This document shows positions 36,656 through 47,649 of a DNA stretch of 64,000 bases, piece by piece; the stretch's first letter is position 1; every line of letters begins with the position of its first letter. A program made the position numbers and the translations under genes. Location of the stretch: the NCBI GenBank assembly GCA_004022145.1, contig RCNU01000007.1. One strand, 5' to 3'. This DNA comes from Paecilomyces variotii. Lineage: Eukaryota. Below the pieces are notes generated by a model. That model saw nothing but the letters and a program-made list of their open reading frames with translations. It searched no databases and was not told where the DNA came from.

Positions 36656-38630
36656 ACTGAAAGAAGATGAGGATTGAAAATATATTATTCATATAAGTGT
36701 TGATGTTCTGCTTATTTTGCCTATTATTTGTCTTTGCAGCGACTGGCATACTGATTAGAGTATTCCTTGCTATTCTCTTATGTATCAATTAGAAATTGTC
36801 TGTCCGTTGTTGTCATCAAACATTAAGCATCGTCTTTCAACTCTTTTCTTCTCTCTTTTCTTCTCTCCTCTATGTATCTTACCATACAAGGTCATTGCTT
36901 TTTAGACTAGACTTGGACCAGAAACCACCACAGCTACGCGGGTCTGCGTTGACACATTTAGCAGACGACAAAACGAACCAAATCACAGCCTTCACTCTTC
37001 TTTTTTATTCTATCTTTCCCCAGTTACTTTAATAGAATAGCCCACCTACCCATCTCAGTAATATACGGAGCATCAATCCCAAGAGAGAGATCCCACTTAG
37101 CGCCATGCAGTCTTTCGAGAGGTCCCTGTGTCAGATTACAACAAGAATACAAAGCACACCATAGGTAGTAGAGTATTTACCTTATCGATGGTCTCCATAA
37201 GCGGGGAGCGTATCCGACCTAAGTTGAGAAATGCAGTATTCACCATTGGCCACAGATAAAAAAGGATAAAATCCAAAAATACATATGTACATACTAACTT
37301 ACTTGTAGTGAAATAATAATAAGTGGACTCCTTGTCCCACTCGTTGTCCGCAGTACGTACGTACCATACTTCTAGTCTTCTACGGTTCTACCTGCCATAG
37401 GAACTTGACACTGCCGGTCCGTACCGAAGCGATAAGTCACATACATACATACCTAGTCCATATATGGAGGACCCGGCGGCCCGGGAGGATTTACAATAGC
37501 TCCCGGGAGTGTAGCGTAATAATTTAGATAGATAGCCTCGTTTGACGCGGTCGAGTGGAGCTCCGGCTTCTTTTTGGCGTAGAGTAGATTATTAGAACTT
37601 TCGTAGATCAAGGAGATCTTTCTATCCTGATTCCTGTAACTAATAATAACGATTTTTCGGATATTATTAACTAACGGCATGTGGGTACTAGTTAACTACC
37701 ATTCCATGATAATACATTAATAAACTACAGAATACAACTAGTTAGATATGTACAATAATAATAATAATAGTAAGACGTGGCATAAAATCGTGGATTGCCG
37801 GGCGTAGCACGTGACATTGCCGCCCTTCCCGAGCCCTTGCAAGCCTAAGGGTCTCTCTATATCGAACATTATTAATAAATGATAATGGTTCTCGCACAAG
37901 CCGAAAGAACAGGCGAAAGAACACAGAAACGTGGGACGCGTTGGCAGAAGCTCAACGCTAACACGGAACAGGTTAAATGCCAACAGCGCCAGAAGAACGA
38001 CGAAGGATTCCAAATCTGAACCCGAGGCACGGTTGCTGGGTGATGCTGGATTCCAGACAGACAACGTCGCAAACAAGTGTATACGCATCGTCAGTCATAT
38101 ATATATATACTTAAACAAAGGACAGATTAAAAGAACTGATTCTATCTATCTATCTATATATTTTATTTTGATTGATGATTATCATCATTATTCAACTCCT
38201 ACTGCTCACGGAAATTGCACCGTCATTTTGTCCCTAAACTAACGATCAAGCAATCTCCGCTAGCTCTCGAGCCTCAACCCCCTCCTCCCCCTTAAGTGGA
38301 AAAGCCCCTGCAGTGGCCCCGGAAGCCATCGCAAATAAGCCCCCTTTCAACTGACACCAAACGGCCAAAAAACGCCCGTGGCACTCTTTCTTTCAAAGGA
38401 CCCGAAGGATGCGTGGATCGCGCTCACTAGACCTGTGAACAGCGAGTCCACCTAATCTACACCCAGTCGAATAATAACTCGCTCGCGCCATCTTTCCCTT
38501 GTTTCTCTTTAAACCGGAAATACGCCTAGATAGGTTGGAACTGTCTTTGTTGATTGCCAAAAAGTTCAAGTCCCGAAAATTGCAAGATCTTCCCTGCTAG
38601 GGTCCCCGCTCGTTCACCCAAGAGAGAGCT

Positions 38631-40160
38631 ATGATGATGATGAGAGAGCACGTTGAGACCGCGACCACTCCTCCCCCAGAGGCTCGTGCCTCGTCACCTT
38701 CGCCATCACTCTCTCCGGTACCTGCTATTTCTTCCTGTCCGTCGCCCGACCGGACCTTCTCGACTCTATCCTCCTTGTCCAGCTTTTCCGCCAACTCCGG
38801 AGATGCCAGGTCATCCATCATCTCAACCATCTCGACGGCCTCAGGCCGGAGACGAGGCTACATCCGGCCCCAGGGCGCTGAGTTCTCAGAGTCTGCGATT
38901 CGCAGAGAGAGCGTCATGAGTCTAGGGAGTATCGCCCATCTACAGTACTACTTTGCCCGGACGGGGCTACTCGACGGGAAGGGAGCTCAGATGGCCAAGG
39001 AGTGGAAGAAAAAGAAGGATGCGAAGGACATACCCAAGCTGCTGCTGACATCACAGCCCGACTACGGCGAGGAAATGGTGGATAGCCCGATGGACGAGTT
39101 GATAGAACCGACAGAGGGGTACGATGAGCATGACGATATAATGCTGCCTCCCACGGTGAGCACATATAGCGTGAAAACGTACCATACGCCACCACCGCCC
39201 GATCTCATGGCCCTCCGGAAAGATCTGGTGGATGCGCTGGAACAAGTCGAAAAGAGCATCGAAAACATGGAGAACAACACATCCTCTCCCCGGCCACAGA
39301 GGACCAGAGACAGCTTGACTCCAGACCCCGAGGGGAAGACTTCAGAGCCTACCACGCCCCAGGGATGGCGCGGGGTCCAAGGAATGAGCATCTTGGACGT
39401 GGTTACGCTGGCCATTCGCGCGGCGAGGATATATTACACTGCCCATGAACGCCCAGAGCGTCTTGCCGCCATCAAGAGTGAAAAGCATATCCGAGAGGAA
39501 CTTCTGGGCGTTCTCGATGTTATGAAGCGGTTTGCTTCGCGTAACTTTGCCAAGGGCTTGAAGGACGACGAAAAATTAACTATCCTAAGCTGGATGGCCG
39601 GCGTCTGCTCTATGCTCGATGAGGAGCGCAGATTGGAGAAACTCGAAGCGGAAGAGCGCGCGAACTGGATCTGGGTCCGGGGAGACTGGACAGGAAGGGA
39701 GCGTGAACGCGAAGAGTCATTCCTGCGATCTCTAGCTAATCCGGAGCCACCGCTGCCGCAGTGGCACCCAGCACAAGAAGGATCATTACCCAGCGCGATG
39801 CTTGAGCGTCTACGTGATGGGCGTGATCTCATTCAGATGCACAACCAGGCTGTGAAGAAGTCCAAGCGGCCATTCGGCCAGATCAAGAGCTTCCACGAGG
39901 ATATCGGCAAGCCGTACCGCCGCGCGGAGAATCTACGATATTGGATCAAAGCCGCAGAGATCCGGTGGGAGATCAAGCTGGAGATGGATGTCTTGGGCGT
40001 GGTCTACGGCTCGAGTGACGAGGCGTGGAAACAGTTCGACGCGGCAATCTTAGCCTGGTGCAAGGGAGTGCGCGAGGAGCTGATGCGAGATTGGAATGAC
40101 GAGGCCAAAGCCTCCACGGAGGCACTGCCATCGCCGCAAACGGAGGAGTTGGACCGCTGA
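38631..40160 (+). CDS. Conserved fungal protein (509 aa, intronless) with a C-terminal calponin-homology-like region
   Basis: Long ORF. Conserved-looking 'SVMSLGSIAHLQYYFARTGLL'. C-terminal 'LERLRDGRDLIQMHNQAV...YRRAENLRYWIKAAE' resembles the CH pattern L.DG..L..L.N / ENI..FL. Confidence 0.7.
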   Translation: MMMMREHVETATTPPPEARASSPSPSLSPVPAISSCPSPDRTFSTLSSLSSFSANSGDARSSIISTISTASGRRRGYIRPQGAEFSESAIRRESVMSLGSIAHLQYYFARTGLLDGKGAQMAKEWKKKKDAKDIPKLLLTSQPDYGEEMVDSPMDELIEPTEGYDEHDDIMLPPTVSTYSVKTYHTPPPPDLMALRKDLVDALEQVEKSIENMENNTSSPRPQRTRDSLTPDPEGKTSEPTTPQGWRGVQGMSILDVVTLAIRAARIYYTAHERPERLAAIKSEKHIREELLGVLDVMKRFASRNFAKGLKDDEKLTILSWMAGVCSMLDEERRLEKLEAEERANWIWVRGDWTGREREREESFLRSLANPEPPLPQWHPAQEGSLPSAMLERLRDGRDLIQMHNQAVKKSKRPFGQIKSFHEDIGKPYRRAENLRYWIKAAEIRWEIKLEMDVLGVVYGSSDEAWKQFDAAILAWCKGVREELMRDWNDEAKASTEALPSPQTEELDR

Positions 40161-41090
40161 AGCCACATAGATTCGCCTGTTGGAATGCAGGCGATGGGGT
40201 TTTTAACGACTGGACGAGATGATTGGAACCACGTAGTAGTCTGTGGTCTCGTGTCTTGGTGTGTTTTGGTTTCTGTCCCCTAAACTAGATACCCTTATTA
40301 TTCATCATCATAATAACAACAACCTGCCACCATTCTGCCTTTTTTATTTTTAATTTGAGGCTGTTAGCTGCCTAAAGGGCCCGTTTTTCTTCTTACTCCC
40401 ACTCAGGTACAGTAAACAATATAGTTTACGCTGTTTTTTTGTATCTATCTGTCCGGAAGAAACCCGCCGAGATGATCAACGATCGCCCTGCATCTGTGGA
40501 CGCGGTTAATTGGATTAAATCTCAGACTGCGGCAGTAATCGTCGACAGTTCTTGTATTCTTTCCTCGTTCTTTCCTTTCTGTTCCGGTCTTGTGAGTAAT
40601 AATGTCGCCTTGCTGGCATAGTTATACTCCGAGTGCCATGGTTGTAGGGTCCCGTTATACAGTACATATAGAGTAGGATGTAGGCAGGGAGCAGCAGAAA
40701 AGAAAAGACGATGAAGGAGACACACAAAGAACTGCGATGATCTTTGATTCCTTTTTCCATCGCAACGGACAGGATCCTCCCCGCTGGCCGGGGCAGCTTT
40801 CTGCTGCGATCAAGTCGACTGGCGATGCCGCCATGGTTCGCGGCTCTCCTCCGCTTCTTCCCCGCGTACCGCAAGGACTCATCAGCTATCGCGGAGGTAT
40901 AACAGCGGCCCAGAGCCCGTTGCGCATCGTCCAGACGGTCGTCGAGCAGCTCCAGTTCCCCGAGGCTGGGCTGGTGGATGTAGTAGCGAGAACGCCGGCC
41001 TCAGTGATCGCCCCTGCGCGTCTGCGCCCCGGCCTGAGCCCAACCAGGAGAGCCTCCTCGCCGTTGTTCGATCTCTCCGACCTCTGGATT

Positions 41091-44000
41091 ATGCATTCGC
41101 GCTCCCAGGCCAGCACAGACACCTCAGCGACCGTACTCATGTCCGCGATCATTCCTGCTGTGACGACATCCTCGAGTACCGCCCCAGAGTCGTTGACCGA
41201 CCCAGCATCGCCGTCGGACTCGCATTCCTCGGCCGCGGCGCCGCCTGTATCCCCGTCTAGCACCTCCTTTCCCCAGAGGATCAAGTCTAAGGCATCGTTT
41301 CGCAGCCTGAGAAGCCAGCCTGACGATCAAGAGAAACACGTCGATGACAAGAGTCTGCCGCCACCTCCGCGTCCATCCTTCCTCCGTCGCCTATCGCCTG
41401 GCCTTGCTGCCCGAGTGAAGCTGTTAGACGGCTCGACGAAAACGGCCCAGGAGCTCAACCGTAGCAAGAACCAGGTCGGCAAGCTTTCCCAAGAGCATCT
41501 CCGCGAGCTCGAAAAGGCTCATCAGGATCTATCTATCAGAATACAAAGGCGTGGCCGCGCGTGGAGTGGTGGACATGAACTGTCAGATGTGAAGAGAGGA
41601 ACAAGCCAACACAGTCAGCCAGAACCGCGGGGGAGAACCTGGCAACAAGATCAGGACGCGCAGCTCAGCCCAATCCCATCGCCAGCCGACGCGGTTATCG
41701 AAATTACTACAGACACGACGGACCAGGCTACGCCAGACGCGACGCCCGCCGTGGCTGCTGAGCCAGCCTCGGACGGTCCCTTCGCTGAAAACATCCGGAC
41801 AAACTGGGAGGACAACGATACGGCAGCAGAGGCAGACATGTCCGTCGCTGAACCGGCGCAGGCGCCCCAGACCCCATCCGCAGAGCCTGGAGAAACTGAG
41901 GTTTCTTTTGGAGAGACTGATCTCGAGAAGTATCTCAAGAGCAGTACGCAGAATGATGAACGGCCACCCCCTCCCCCAAAAGACTCACCCCGGACTCCTT
42001 CGACCCCGTCGTCCTCCTCGACTGCGCAATCTTACTTCAACTCCCACGGCCTACATCGCACGGAGTCGATATACTCGTTCTCCCGCGCGTCTTTCAGCAG
42101 CCAGCTGTCTCAGCTGACGTCGATCAATCTGCCGGAGCCGTCATCGTTGGAAGGGAGAATCTTCTCGATACCCGATGCCTCTGCTGCTGTCAGAGCGCTC
42201 AATGGGGCTGCTCAACAGATATCGACCTGGATCAACAAGGCATCAGATGTCCTGTCAGGGTTAGACGCGGAGGACGATGTCGAGTGGGCTGCTGCTGGCG
42301 GACGCGAGGGTCTTGACGACGTCGATCGAGCGATCACGAAATTCGAAGGACTGGTCGATGTGTATGTTACGGCGATAGAACAAGTACAATTACGAGATGA
42401 CATTAAGACCGTCACTGGCGATGTGCTGAAGACTATCGTGGCGCAGATGGAGCATATCCTGGGGAAGTGGTCACGCATTCGATCTCATCTAAAAGGAGTC
42501 AAGGAGCAGGTCGAGTTGGCTATGGAATGGGAAGAACTATGGGGCGTTGTCCTGGGAGATGTCGGCCTTGAAGTCGAAGACCTCGGTCGGGTGATTTTCG
42601 AGCTCGAGGAGAAGAGACATCTGTCCATGTTCGAAGACGATGAAGAGGCTGAGGACAACAACGGGGTGGACATCAGTGAACTCGAGACTATTATCGAGGA
42701 GACTCCTCCAACGACAAGCACCCCGAATAAGAGATTCAGTCTGGCTCAGAACTATTCAACGCCTTCCTCCCAACCCCCAGCGCGTACGACTGGTCCGGAT
42801 GATTCTGCCTTGCTGGGTTTATTCGCCCGCTTGCAGCCGTTGAGAGCGTCCCTGGACTTCCTGCCAATGCGGCTTTCCATGTTCCAATCGCGAGCAGAGA
42901 AGATCTTCCCTTCTGCCTGCCGAGATCTTGAAGTGAGGAGGGAAAAGCTAGAGAATGCTTACAAGAAACTCGAAAACGATGCTGAGGTTCTGCGCAAGGA
43001 ACTAGATGAAGACCGATGGGTCCTAGTTTTCCGAAACGCTGGCCGACAAGCACGGACAATGTGTGAATCGGTAGAGAGGAGCATTGGAAAGCTCCAGGAG
43101 GCGCTGGATACAGGTGCTCAGTTCAACAACCACGCTACGCTGGCGAAGCGGATAGAGAGTTTTGAGGCCAAGAAGATCCACTACGGACCAGCAATTGAAA
43201 GGGTAATTTCTATCATCGAGAAGGGTGTTAATGACAGAATTACTGTCAACGGCGAGATCTTGAGGTTGCTTCATGAAATGAGATCCCGCGTGGACGCCCT
43301 GAACGCCAGTATCAAGGTCATGGACGGTTTGCTAGACGACATTGACTTCAGCAAAACCCAGCAGCTGCGAGACTCGATATCAAGCATCATTACTATGGAC
43401 AGCCCTGCCACTGGCAGCGTCGTTGACACACCTGGGAGCTCCCCTGCATCTTCCGTTGTGCTCTCGAATGGCAACGGTCGCAAGGGCAGCTCAACACCAA
43501 ACATCGGTAACTCCAGCAGACGCGGCAGCTCAGTTGCAAGCACAAACAGGAAGCGCTACTCGGGCATTCCGCAGGCAGCATCAACTCTCTCTGCAGGACG
43601 CAGATCGTCTATTCCTCGAGCTTCCTTCTCAGGCTCTCTCACCTCGCCAACCCGCAGCCAGACGAGCACCTCCTCATTCACTCCGAGACCGGCCTCGCGT
43701 ACTTCAACTGCTCCGTCAAAGACTCCAGACAACCGACCGCGTTGGAACAGCAGTACGAATACAAACGACCTCAAAGTTGGCCATTCTTACAGACCTCCTT
43801 CTCGCACTCAGAACCGCAATTCCAGGTCTAATATTCCCACACCTAGCCCTCTCAGCCGTGAAGCGTCTAGATCTCCAGCCCCTCCAGGTATGAGGTCCTC
43901 AAGTCGTGCCATGAGCCGTCTAGCATCTCCGACTCCGAACCGCGTTAACTCTCCCACGTTCTCTCGCTCAATTCTCGATCCCCCGCCATACAGCAAACTC

Positions 44001-44234
44001 CGAAAGCAGTCTGCGCCAGGTTTGCCGACTGGTCCGAGAAATAGGCAGAGCTATGCTGGGATATCTATCACGAGGTCATCACCTGTCGAGGATCGGGCCA
44101 AGACGCAACGGCCTGAAACTTCGCTGGGTCATAGCAGACGACTCAGCGGGATTCCACTTCCCAAATTCCGCTCTGGGAGAGAGAGCGCCGCTAGTGCTCG
44201 CAACAAACTTACCGAAAGACCCCCATGGAGATAA
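41091..44234 (+). CDS. migA: Kar9-family microtubule guidance protein (MigA-like); start uncertain (40737, 41091 or 41139)
   Basis: Central coiled-coil KAR9 region ('VKEQVELAMEWEELW', 'LQPLRASLDFLPMRL', 'EDRWVLVFRNAG'). Basic Ser/Arg tail with four SxIP motifs and 'RPRWNSS'. Confidence 0.82.
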   Translation: MHSRSQASTDTSATVLMSAIIPAVTTSSSTAPESLTDPASPSDSHSSAAAPPVSPSSTSFPQRIKSKASFRSLRSQPDDQEKHVDDKSLPPPPRPSFLRRLSPGLAARVKLLDGSTKTAQELNRSKNQVGKLSQEHLRELEKAHQDLSIRIQRRGRAWSGGHELSDVKRGTSQHSQPEPRGRTWQQDQDAQLSPIPSPADAVIEITTDTTDQATPDATPAVAAEPASDGPFAENIRTNWEDNDTAAEADMSVAEPAQAPQTPSAEPGETEVSFGETDLEKYLKSSTQNDERPPPPPKDSPRTPSTPSSSSTAQSYFNSHGLHRTESIYSFSRASFSSQLSQLTSINLPEPSSLEGRIFSIPDASAAVRALNGAAQQISTWINKASDVLSGLDAEDDVEWAAAGGREGLDDVDRAITKFEGLVDVYVTAIEQVQLRDDIKTVTGDVLKTIVAQMEHILGKWSRIRSHLKGVKEQVELAMEWEELWGVVLGDVGLEVEDLGRVIFELEEKRHLSMFEDDEEAEDNNGVDISELETIIEETPPTTSTPNKRFSLAQNYSTPSSQPPARTTGPDDSALLGLFARLQPLRASLDFLPMRLSMFQSRAEKIFPSACRDLEVRREKLENAYKKLENDAEVLRKELDEDRWVLVFRNAGRQARTMCESVERSIGKLQEALDTGAQFNNHATLAKRIESFEAKKIHYGPAIERVISIIEKGVNDRITVNGEILRLLHEMRSRVDALNASIKVMDGLLDDIDFSKTQQLRDSISSIITMDSPATGSVVDTPGSSPASSVVLSNGNGRKGSSTPNIGNSSRRGSSVASTNRKRYSGIPQAASTLSAGRRSSIPRASFSGSLTSPTRSQTSTSSFTPRPASRTSTAPSKTPDNRPRWNSSTNTNDLKVGHSYRPPSRTQNRNSRSNIPTPSPLSREASRSPAPPGMRSSSRAMSRLASPTPNRVNSPTFSRSILDPPPYSKLRKQSAPGLPTGPRNRQSYAGISITRSSPVEDRAKTQRPETSLGHSRRLSGIPLPKFRSGRESAASARNKLTERPPWR

Positions 44235-45780
44235 TCGGATCAGATCTCAACTTCTTCTTTTTCTTAATTCGTTAAATTCTCCAATGACAGGCTCATTGCT
44301 CTTCCATGGCCGGCGTTACTGCGCTCCGGTTAAGGGAGACTTCTTGATATTTTCGGCTCTGAATAGTTGCTTGTAATACGGCCACTACTTGATGATTTTC
44401 CTCGATTTGGGATCATCTGGGGGCTTTTCTCGACTTGAGTCGTGTGTGTACTACTACTTGTCAGGATATCCTGAGAGCGGAATCTAGTTGATATCACAGA
44501 TACCATTGCTTGTCTCTTTCTTCATCCGGGCAGCTACTGGTTCACCAAATCGTACTCTACTGTTTTGACTCCACCCTCCTGCTACTCATCGTCATTTTGG
44601 TTCTGCATTTCGATTCCCCCTGCGCACCCGTCTGCTTGTTAGCCGGAGCTTGTTCTCTTGTGACTAGGTTGGATCAGTTTGCTCTACCTCTTATCTCCAG
44701 GTCAATAGTCGAGTCGAGGTCGCTTCATTTCATACGCTCGGACCCTTGGCTTGCTCACTGTTGGCTTGTTCCGGTAGTCTATAGTCTATGTTTTATACCA
44801 ATTGAGTTTTACTATATTAGCATTAACACTGGTTCGAATACGGTTCTATTGCGTCAACATGATGATATAGATATACCAACCAGTATTAATATTAATATGT
44901 AGATCTTTGACCGCGCGGTTAACCAAAGGAAGAATTATGACAACTGTTATGCATGAAACTACGATTGATTCATGACCAGCAGTAGATAGCATCCGAATCG
45001 TCCGAAGACAGATCATCTTCCTGGACTATACTTAACCCGCGGAGTCCGGACATTTCGGATTATCGCAGCTGCAGTAGTTCACAAGTCAGAAACTTATCTA
45101 TCTAGACTAACTAGTTAGTTAGACTGGTGTGAAACGAAAGAAGAATCCAACAATGCCTTATCGACGTTTCAACAAAACGTCATGATCATCGATATTTCGA
45201 TTCGGTTCATCTCTACTGAACAATGAACGTTTCATCTCTGCCAGGCCCAGACTCTATCGTAACTTCCACCCGATCGACATAAATTGAATACGAAACACAA
45301 ACGTTTGTTCTCCGCTGCGGATCATTCTTTTCTTTTCCGTATGTTGGACAGGAGGGGTATTTACGAGTAACTATAGCGTTAGGTAGGTAGTAGTTAGTAG
45401 TTACACCGTAACTAGTGGTGGCCATAAGTATCTATTCCCATCCCAAGGTGTTTCAAATGGTGGACTCCTGAAACATCGACCTCGACCTCCCTTGCCATCA
45501 GCAGCTCAGAAAGCTATTATTGGGGTAAGATCTGGTTTGGTTGGCTTGGCTATAGTATCTTTCTGTTTATACTTTTAGTTTTGTCCCCCCTCTCCAGTGC
45601 GTAAAAACGGCTGTGTCTGGAGAGGGGAGAGGAAATAACATATCAATATCATTAAGTACACTACCCCCCCTCCCCCCGATCAACTCTCTCTGGTATTACT
45701 TATAGCTTCCGTTCTTCGATTCGGAATTAATTGACCTGAATCACCCTTCTCTTTCTCAACCTCCGAAACCAAAACCCCAA

Positions 45781-47361
45781 ATGTCATTAACAATCAAACA
45801 CCTCAACGCAGACACCAGTTTCCTCCTATCATTCTCCCCTCCCAATCATCATCATCCTAATTCAGACCAGACCCCCTTCCCTCCAAACCACCAACACCAC
45901 CAACAACCAAAACCAAACCCAAAACCATACACCATCCTACTCGACCCCTGGCTCACCGGCCCCTCCATCATCGGCCGCTCCTGGTTCGCCCTATCCCACC
46001 ACACCACCCCATCATGTATAACCCACCTCTCCGCCCTTCCGGAGCCCGATCTCGTCATTATATCTCAAAATAAGCGCGATCACTGCCACGAAGCGACTCT
46101 ACGACAATTACCCCGAGATACGAAAGCCGTCATTGTTGCGGAGCCCGCTGCCGCGAGGACGATTCGGGGGTATAATCATTTTGAGAGAACGGAGCGGATC
46201 GTGGCTTTGAGGAAATATAGGCATAGTCATAGTCATGGTCATTGTTCTGAGAAGAAGAAAGGAGGGGGTGACGAGAGTGTTTTGAGATTTGGGATTCCGG
46301 CCCTGGGGTCAGAGGGGGAGGAAGGGGAGGTTACGGTGGCGTTTATACCGGCGAGGAATTATGCTATGGGGGTGCATAATGCGATTGGGATTACTTATCG
46401 GGCGCCGACGGCTGAGAAAAGGAGGAGGAGGGATGGGAGTAGCAGTGAGAAGAAAGCGGGAATGGTTGTGAATGAGGTAGTTGAGTCTGAGATGCAGGGA
46501 AGGGTGTTGGAGCGGATTGTGAGCCCAGTATTATTGATGAGGAGGTTATCTACATCTATGAGGAATATCGCTGCGAGGATAAAAGAAGTCAAGGTCTTGA
46601 GGGCTTCATCATCATCGACATCTCGTCTGTCGGAAACAGAAACTAAGAACGACAATAAAATCGATCCCAAACAACTACAACAACAACAACGAACCGAACC
46701 TCTCCAAGTCCCAGACCTTCTCCTCCCACCTACGCCGCCGGAAACGCCTCTATCTGCATCGACATTCGACTCGAATCCACCGGCCATTTTCACACCAACG
46801 ACAATCAACACGACTGCTTCAAGTTCCTTGATGCCTTTAGAAAAAGCCACCGAGGCGCAGACACAATCTCAGCCTCTTCTTTCTCCTAACCCTCACCCTC
46901 CCAGAGACGAGGAGGAGGAAGAGGACTCAATATCCACTTCCCAAATAGCAATCCTATATACACCCCATGGTGTACCCTTGAATCCAGACCTACAGCCATA
47001 TATCACGCATCATCTCTCTCCTAATGGCTTCCTCCCTCTTACTCTACTTCTTCATTCTCTCAACCGATCCCATAACCCGTGGTACCTGGGCGGGACGATC
47101 ACCGCTGGTGCCAAGGGCGGGGGCGTCGAGATCGCTTGCGCCCTCAAGGCACGATATTGGATAGGTGCGCATGATGAAGAGAAGGATAATCGGGGTTGTG
47201 GAGTGAAGTTGTTACGGACGGAGAGGAATGATATCGAGGAGGTGAGGAGGGCGTTGGAGAAAGCGGGTTGTGGTTGTGGTTGTGGAGAGAAAGATAGGGG
47301 AAGGTGTGAGGTTAGAGTGTTGGATGTTGGTGAGGAGGAAGTTATTTTATCGGGTACTTAA
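45781..47361 (+). CDS. Metallo-beta-lactamase-fold protein with degenerate metal motif and low-complexity insertions
   Basis: 'IKHLNADTSFLL', 'ILLDPWL', 'PDLVIISQNKRDHCHEATL' (degenerate HxHxDH), 'LYTPHG' and 'WIGAHDE'. Confidence 0.65.
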   Translation: MSLTIKHLNADTSFLLSFSPPNHHHPNSDQTPFPPNHQHHQQPKPNPKPYTILLDPWLTGPSIIGRSWFALSHHTTPSCITHLSALPEPDLVIISQNKRDHCHEATLRQLPRDTKAVIVAEPAAARTIRGYNHFERTERIVALRKYRHSHSHGHCSEKKKGGGDESVLRFGIPALGSEGEEGEVTVAFIPARNYAMGVHNAIGITYRAPTAEKRRRRDGSSSEKKAGMVVNEVVESEMQGRVLERIVSPVLLMRRLSTSMRNIAARIKEVKVLRASSSSTSRLSETETKNDNKIDPKQLQQQQRTEPLQVPDLLLPPTPPETPLSASTFDSNPPAIFTPTTINTTASSSLMPLEKATEAQTQSQPLLSPNPHPPRDEEEEEDSISTSQIAILYTPHGVPLNPDLQPYITHHLSPNGFLPLTLLLHSLNRSHNPWYLGGTITAGAKGGGVEIACALKARYWIGAHDEEKDNRGCGVKLLRTERNDIEEVRRALEKAGCGCGCGEKDRGRCEVRVLDVGEEEVILSGT

Positions 47362-47649
47362 TGGGAGGATAGGATGGTGTAGATAGATCTAGATAAAGGG
47401 GGTTGTGTTAATCTCCACTGCGAAACGATTGACGATGTTCATTCTAATATTATTCATAGCCCAGTATCAAAGCTAATTTTACTTTTGTAGGTGATCCTTG
47501 AAGGATTCTAGAATAAAAAGATGATAAAGAGCCTTGATGCATTACCAATGTACAGTACATACATATTGCATATATAACTATGATACTTACAACGAGCATG
47601 AAATATGCATCCCCACCTAACAGAGTATACGCCTCTCCAACATTCCATA

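Noticed and set aside
40737..41090. 118-aa N-terminal extension of the Kar9/MigA ORF
   Set aside because: It does not look conserved and could be GC-rich 5' UTR read in frame. The start cannot be resolved without transcript data.
44831..44843. GGTTCGAATAC, T-loop-like motif
   Set aside because: No T-stem pairing, acceptor stem or D-arm, so it is not a tRNA.
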